Under the pieces are notes generated by a model. It was not told the origin of the DNA, searched no databases, and saw only the letters and a list, made by a program, of their open reading frames with translations. The position numbers and the translations under genes were made by a program. Shown piece after piece: positions 55,212-64,000 of a stretch of DNA of 64,000 nucleotides. The first letter of the stretch is position 1. Each line of letters opens with the position of its first letter. Origin of the DNA: Eledone cirrhosa (Eukaryota); the NCBI GenBank assembly GCA_964016885.1, contig OZ024748.1, forward strand, positions 54,126,001 through 54,190,000, given 5' to 3'.

Positions 55212-56135
55212 GAGGGGGGTTACTAAATATATGCGAGCGAAAACAAAACTAATTGGCGATAGGTAGATCGAGTGAGTTAATGTGTGTATAATATATATAA
55301 AAAAATTAAGCTGTGAAGTAATTGTAAACGAAAGAATAACGGAATAAACGAACGGAGCGCTAAAAAAATAAAGAAATAGCACCGATAGATAGATGGAGAT
55401 GGGGAGAGAGAAAGATATATAAAGAATAAGTGAGCGAAGAAGGAAGCCAGTGAGAAGAGGAATGAAAGAAGAGATAGATGGAGCAGAGTAAAAACAAAGC
55501 GCGTGAGTAGAGCGAGAGAAATTAGTGAAAGACAGAAGCGAGAAGGATGGATAGAAACGATGAGAGAGGGAGAGAGAGAGATATATAAGGTAGAGTGAGA
55601 GGTGAAGGAGGAGGAACAGGTAGAGAAAGTGTGTGTTTGTGTTAGGATGCATGAGTATGAAAGAGTTAATGAGAAAGTATATTATATATATACTTATACT
55701 CACACACATTTATATATATATATATGTATATAAACATGTGTATGTATGTATCTGTATATAAAGAGAGAGAACGTATATATTCGCATAAGCACACACATAA
55801 ATATATATATATATGTTTATAAACATGTACGTGTGCATGTGTAAGTATGTATGGTAGATGTAATGAGAAAGCCGTAGAGATAGATAAAAAGGAAAAAAGA
55901 TGAGAGAAAGAGGAAGGGAGAGAGAGAGAGGAAGAAAGATACAACACAGTTTAGAAAGAAGAGTGAGAGGTTAGATGATTATGAAAGTGTTAATGAGAGA
56001 TAGCAAAGAAGTTAGAGGAAGAAAAAAAACGATAGACACTGTAAACAGAAGGAGTGAGAGAGGAATTAGGAGTATGAGGGGGAGGGTCAAGAGTGTAAGA
56101 AAAAGGACAGTAAGAAAGAAAGAGAGGGAGGGGGA
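55195..56135. repeat. GA-rich polypurine low-complexity region
   Basis: Degenerate (GA)n. Similar CT-rich tracts lie at 200-660, 35560-35930 and 38900-39670. Confidence 0.75.
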
Positions 56136-56363
56136 ATGTTAAATGTTTTAGCGTGTCTGTGTGTCCGTATGTGGTTATGTTTTGAGACCATGTCTATCAC
56201 TAAGGGCCCTTGGCGCTGCAGTAGTAGTAGTAGTAGTAGTGTTGTTGCTGTTGTTGTTGTTATTACTGCTGCTGCTGGCTGTGGTGGTAGTGGCAATGGC
56301 AATCTTGCTTGATTAGAAAATTATCTAGCACACACCCGCTTCTTGTACATTTTAACTATCAAC

Positions 56364-56404
<41 letters not shown>

Positions 56405-57696
56405 GCTTACATATACACACACACGGTGGGTCGCAGTGTCTGTGTGTCCGTCCGTGTCTAAGCTGCATGCGTACGTTCGTTTGACGTTGTATGTGCGCGC
56501 GTATGTGTACGTGTGTTTATATGTATGAGTGTTTTTACTCTCTCTCGCTGTTTCTTTCTTTTTCTCGTTAGCTCGCTCCTTTCCTCTCTCTCTCTCTTTC
56601 TCTCTCTTAATGTCTCAGTTTCTCTCTCTCCTCTGTGTTCTTTTCAAACGTGCCTCTATATGGAAGTAAGTAACGTCGCTTAATTATTCCTCTTTACATA
56701 TATTTCTCGAATATACATCCCGGATTCTGTATTTTTTATATCTTGTTCTGCTTCTACGGTCTCTGTTCATCTATCTCTTTCTTCCTTTCTCTTCCTCTCT
56801 CCCTCTCTCTCTCTCTATATATATATGTATATATATATATATATGCATGTATGTATACATATTTATACATATATGCATGTATATATTTATATCTCTCTAC
56901 CTTCTCTCTGTCTATTACTACAGGTCTCTCTATGTACACTCGTTACGTCTCTCGTTTCTTTCTCGAATACGTACGAAGCAAAGACGAAAATAAGAGGAGA
57001 GAGGGATAGAGATAAAGCGTACGGGTTAATTCTAAAGAATGTTGTGTATGTCTATATATCTTATATATTATACGTATTGTGTGTCAGTGTGGAATATATA
57101 CATACGTAAATATATAGCTATAGATAGAGAGATATACGCTGGATTAACTAGGAAAGATAGATGCTATGTTACGAAGGAAAGATAATGTTTTATATGAGTG
57201 TGTGTAATTTCCTTTCTTTCTATATAATAACTGATATTAGATTAAAAATCTAGCGTAGCTCACGAAACATAGAGAAAGCTACACATACGTTATACCACAT
57301 CTATCTATCTATTTATCTATCTATCGGTCTATTTATCTATCTATCTGTCGGGCTGTATGTCAATCTTATCAGTCTTTCTTCCTACATATAAACCAGAGGA
57401 TTTTTTGTCGTTGTTCGGCCACTCCAAACTGTCTGTTGTTGTGCTTACTTCTCTGCTATACATACATGTATGTATATATATATATATATATATCCATGAA
57501 TATATACATGTGTGTGTATATAATCATCACTCTCCCGTTATAAAGAGACGAGAGGTGAAGAAGAATTGGTGATGGAAGCATCTAGTTTAGTGATAGCGTA
57601 TTTTAAATTCTAAATATTTCCCCAATTCACCGTCCATAATTAATTATCTTCAGTCCGGCTAGTTGTTATAGTTGTTCTTCTTATATACAGTTGCTA

Positions 57697-57985
57697 CTGG
57701 TGGTGATGGAGGTGGTGGCAGTAGTGATGACGTTGATAGTGGTGGTGGCGGTGACAGTATTGGTGATGTTGGTGGTGGTGGTGGTGACAGTATTGTTGAT
57801 GTTGGTGGTGAAGGTGGTGGCGGTGACAGTATTGTTGATGTTGATGTTGATGGTGAAGGTGGTGGCGGTGACTGTATTGGTGATGTTGGTGGTGGTGGTG
57901 GCGGTAGTGTTAGTTCCTTTTCGATGTTGGCGGTGTGGTGGTTGTTGATGTTGTTCTTGTTGCTCTTAGCTGCTGCTGCTGCTAC
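57697..57985. repeat. (GGT/GAT)n tract with a ~30-bp unit ggtggcggtgacagtattg.tgatgtt
   Basis: Four imperfect units are visible. Confidence 0.75.
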
Positions 57986-58685
57986 TCTCTCTCTCTCTCA
58001 TAAAAAAGAACATGCAGTTACACAAACACAGCCGAACGTGTGTAATCGCAAACACAGCCGTACGTGTGTATATACTGTATATATACATACACACACACAC
58101 ACACTTTCTGATTTTCATTTGTCTGTTGCCATTGATTTTGCTTTTTTCCTCTAAAGCTGTTTGTTCAATTGATAGTATTTTCCACAACTGGAACACAGAC
58201 ATTAATATACACTCGCACAAGATAGTATATACATACAAACTATCTATCTATATACATTTATAAATATAAAGGCTTCGTATATACATACTTTGCAGTGTAT
58301 ACAAAACTAAGCTCTCACTCACGAACATATAATTGCTTTCTGGTAATAATAATAATAATAACGATTTCTTTATTCGCCAATAAGTTATTATTATTTCAAA
58401 TATTATCCTTCTGGGAATAATGTAAAGCATTATTGTTGCTATTTATCCCTCTAAAATTGGCTTACGGGATTGTGTGTGCACGTGTGTATGTATACAAGCT
58501 TGTGAATGTATGTATGTTTTGTAAATGTTTATATACATGTGTTCGTGTGCGTACATGAATGTGTTCTAGCTTGTACGCGCGCGCGTGTGTCTGTGTGTGC
58601 ATGAATGTTGTAAAAGCTTGTCTGTGTGTCGTTGTTATGAGTCGGTGCGTCATTGATAAAGGGACAGATTTATCAATATCGTTAT

Positions 58686-58721
<36 letters not shown>

Positions 58722-59284
58722 CAATATATATATATATATTCTTTTATTCGCCCCTGCTTCTCATTGGAGTAGTATTATGGATGGATTTTTCAATCCCGTC
58801 CATCAGCAGCAGACTGCTTGTCATATCCAACCAACTGCACTAACAACAACAACAACAACAACAACAATAATGACACACAAATGTACAATGCAGTCGGGTT
58901 AGACGATGGCTGGACTTGGAGTAACAACACATTCAAGTGAACACTAACTACTACTACATCCTGGGACGGATTAAACGAGCTGGCATGGGAGACCCCACAC
59001 ATCTTATAGCTGAAAATATTATCGAGTTCCTTGCGTATTATTTATGCTAACAAGAAAGATTAATTTTGGTGGGGCCCTTTCAATGTTATGGGACCTCTGG
59101 CTACATCATGTTCTATAGTATTACAATGTATACTATATTGACTACAAACTTAATAAACAACACGGCATGGTCAATTCTTAGGTGGATATTTCATAATCTC
59201 TTTCTACCCAGTCCGGCATTTTTACAGATTCAAGAGAGGAAACTTACTCTAATGAAGCATGGATATATATATATATAAGGGGTG

Positions 59285-59550
59285 TATTCCTGATGATTTC
59301 ATACAAATGAAACAGTTCTAGTCTTGTAAAAGTCATATATATATATATGTGTGTGTGTGAGTCCCGGGTTCAATCGGGAGTAACCACAGTAAGGAAGGTA
59401 CTCAATACATTATTAGAGTGTAAACATCATGTTTAATATAGAAATGGCTTCTACAACATGAAGAGAACTGTTTCATTAAAAAAAATGATGATTCCTTTTG
59501 AATGAGACAATTCAAGTCCAATAGAAGCCATTTCTATATTAAACATGGTA
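59285..59550. mobile_element. Cluster of three family-B Penelope-like terminal fragments in alternating orientation
   Basis: 59285-59335 (+; CTGATGA...GAAACAGttctagtcttgta), 59365-59478 (-) and 59500-59550 (+) share gaa.cag...tagaagccatttctatattaaacatg. Confidence 0.5.
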
Positions 59551-59742
59551 TATATATACACATATACATATATACATACACACATATATACATATATATA
59601 TATATATTCGGTGTACAAGGATACAATTCGCTTAAACAATATATATATATTCGGTGTATGAGGATGCAATTTCATTCTATCACTCGACATCATATTACTT
59701 CCTAGAAACAAGGATGGCTTCGCATTTTCCTCATTATGTTTA

Positions 59743-59773
<31 letters not shown>

Positions 59774-59900
59774 ACAAGAAAGACGGTTTCATTCGTACAT
59801 CTATATTTATGAAACTCCGGATGAAAAAAAGCCTTGGAGTGCTTCACCAACTGTTATGACAGTCGGCAGATTTTCAATCAACCAACTTTCTTCAATTGAA

Positions 59901-59945
<45 letters not shown>

Positions 59946-60313
59946 ACAGGGAGAAAGAGACGATTATGAGGAAGAAAAAAAAAATATATATATATATATA
60001 AGAATGTGTGTGAGTGTAGATATATATGTATGTGTGCGTGTATATGAGTAGATATAGATATATATGTATGTATGTGTGTAGATATACTATACTTTTTATT
60101 GGTTATAGTCGGCCTGCAAACCACACTGGGACATTCACATTCTGGTATTTAGCTGATCATATTCGTCTCTACTTATTTATTTCTCGTACACATTTTACCA
60201 CATATTGTTTGTCGGACCGCTCAGTTAGGGAACACAACGGTTCCAGAAGGGATCCCCACACTTTAAGCCCTATTTCTTTTTCTATCCCGTTGCCAATACC
60301 TCATATACGCTAC

Positions 60314-60384
<71 letters not shown>

Positions 60385-60783
60385 TTCTTATTATTAATAT
60401 TACTTGGAGCGTGGTGGAAGCAGAGTCCTCAAATTCGCCTTACACCGGGTCCTGTCAGAAGCAACTGGATCCCCAAACGAGACCGACCAAGCACATGGAT
60501 GTTATCCAATATATCTTGCTCGTAGTTTACCGTAAATCAGAAATCATCTGTATTTACCTCGGATTAGTAAAATATTTAACGAGCAGTTAGAAATCTATAC
60601 CCGTCACCTCCATTACACAAAGAAATCATATTGTATATACCACGGATTACTACAAATACTTTAAAGAGCAGTTTGAAAAGAGGGGCTTTCTTCTCACAAC
60701 TGACCTGGGACTACACCAGCTTTTGTTCGGAGCAGGATGTAACATCGACGTGATGGATTTTAATACCGCAGCAAACAAAACTA

Positions 60784-60837
<54 letters not shown>

Positions 60838-60925
60838 TATAAAGAAGGGTATAGTGGTCAACCCGAGGATATACTAGAAAACAGGTGCCCTGTTAAAAAC
60901 ACTCATACATATATAAATGTGTGTG

Positions 60926-60969
<44 letters not shown>

Positions 60970-60992
60970 TATATGTGTGTGTGTGTGTATAA

Positions 60993-61030
<38 letters not shown>

Positions 61031-61239
61031 TATATGTATATTAGTGTATGTATCTAAATATATATATATATATACACACATATTATATATCATACATATA
61101 CAATATACAGATTATATAACTGGAAAAATGGACATTAAATGATGATAATATATACATGTACGTATGTATAAAGATATATATATATATATATATAATATAT
61201 AATATATAATATATAATATATATATAAGATGCTAACGAG

Positions 61240-61296
61240 GGTTCCAGCTAGTTTCGAATTCACGACCTTCTGCGTGTAAAGCAGATGTGATAACCA
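61240..61296 (-). pseudogene. 5'-truncated tRNA-Val(TAC) pseudogene
   Basis: The minus strand TGGTTATCACATCTGCTTTACACGCAGAAGGTC...TTCGA...TGGAACC matches metazoan tRNA-Val(TAC) from the D-loop onward. The anticodon stem TCTGC/GCAGA is intact (TAC at 61276-61278), the 5' acceptor strand is absent and the T-stem is mispaired. Confidence 0.75.
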
Positions 61297-61333
61297 ATGG
61301 CCGGAGCTCAGCCGTCGGGGTCCTGACTCTTTT

Positions 61334-61444
<111 letters not shown>

Positions 61445-61454
61445 ATATATAATG

Positions 61455-61800
61455 TAAGAATGAGTTGCGACGTCACGGTTGCCAAGATGTATTTGCCTTT
61501 CTCTTTTATGGTAAGAAAAGGGTAAAGGCTTCCCTCTCCGGGCAATGTGTTTTTTGTAGAAGAGCAGCAGTCACCCATGCATACCTGTCTCCCATCTCCG
61601 AGACATCGATGTTGTCCAAGAGAAAGGCAAAGGCCGACACAGTATGGCACCCGTGACGTCGCAACTCATTTTTACAACTGAGTGAACTGGAGTAATGTGA
61701 AATAAAGTGTCTTGCTGAAGGACACGAAGCATCGCGCTTTTCGGGAGTCGAACTCACAACTTCATGATTGTGAGAATCCAACTCTCTAACCGCTAAATCG
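61455..61800 (-). mobile_element. CORE-type SINE, family C2, with an inverted internal duplication at its tail
   Basis: Head tagcggttagagag...gagttcgactccc and CORE gtgtccttcagcaagacactttatttc, with a tail different from C1. aatgagttgcgacgtcacgg.tgcca is present in both orientations (61459 and ~61645-61670). Confidence 0.75.
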
Positions 61801-61871
61801 TATCTATCTATATTACATATGATTATATTTAGTATGTCATATATATATATATATATATATGTGTATATATA

Positions 61872-61912
<41 letters not shown>

Positions 61913-61956
61913 GCACACAGACACACACAGAGATATATAATGAATATTATATATAT

Positions 61957-62463
61957 CGAGGTTAACTTTGCCTTTCATCCTTACGGGGTCGATAAAATAA
62001 AGTACCAGTAATACACTGGCCTTGTGTTGTGCCAAAAGTAGAAACAATTATATATATATATCATTAATATGATATATATATTTAATATTCTTTATATATA
62101 TATGTATGTAGTTACGTCCCTTTACGATCTGAGTTCAAATCCCGCCGAGGTTGACTTTGCCTTTCATCCTTACGGGGTCGATAAAATAAAGTACCAGTAA
62201 TGCACTGGGGGATTGCTGGCCTTGTCCCTAAAGTAGAAACAATTATATATATGTATGTATATAATATTCATTTCATATGTGTGCATATATATATAATATA
62301 ATATGTATGACATATATATATATATTCAGTATATAAATATATATAATTGTTTCTATTTTTGGCCCAAGGCCAGCAAAGACCCAGTACATTACTGGTACTT
62401 TATTTTATCGACCCCGTAAGGATGAAAGGCAAAGTTAACCTCGGCGGGATTTGAACTCAGATC
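61957..62463. mobile_element. Three young family-N SINEs (+, +, -)
   Basis: 61957-62050 (+), 62110-62246 (+) and 62344-62463 (-) are near-identical. Confidence 0.9.
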
Positions 62464-62499
62464 ATAATATATATATATATATAATATTCATTATAAATG

Positions 62500-63859
<1,360 letters not shown>

Positions 63860-64000
63860 CGAAACCATAAATGATTTCTTTTATTTCAATGTCGATGTAG
63901 TTCGTTGGTGAGGGATAGTAATGTTTTTACCGAGCCAATACCAGTAATACACGGTCATCACAACGTTGTATTGTTTCCATCTGTCACTAGCTTTAGGAAA

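Overview
Eukaryotic, gene-poor and extremely microsatellite-rich DNA. The (TA)n/(CA)n/(CT)n load and the dispersed SINE families I recognise from memory point to an octopod cephalopod (Octopus-like); this assignment is inference. Nearly all ORFs in the supplied track are microsatellite translation artefacts. The only convincing protein-coding remnant is the 3' end of an L1/Tx1-clade LINE ORF2 (34581-34994). The rest consists of several SINE families (often in tandem, nested or inverted), Tc1/mariner-type and piggyBac-type MITEs, minisatellites, a truncated tRNA-Val(TAC) and a few weak candidate exons. Two signals stand out. First, type-I hammerhead ribozyme folds of the Penelope-like/retrozyme kind sit inside (TA)n tracts: two are head-to-head in a ~350-bp palindrome (36666-37012) and a third, covarying copy lies at 49760-49824. 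Second, Tx1-like LINE 3' ends are repeatedly inserted into simple repeats and SINE (ATT)n tails, one with a clean 15-bp target-site duplication. Dispersed-repeat boundaries are approximate and were read by eye.
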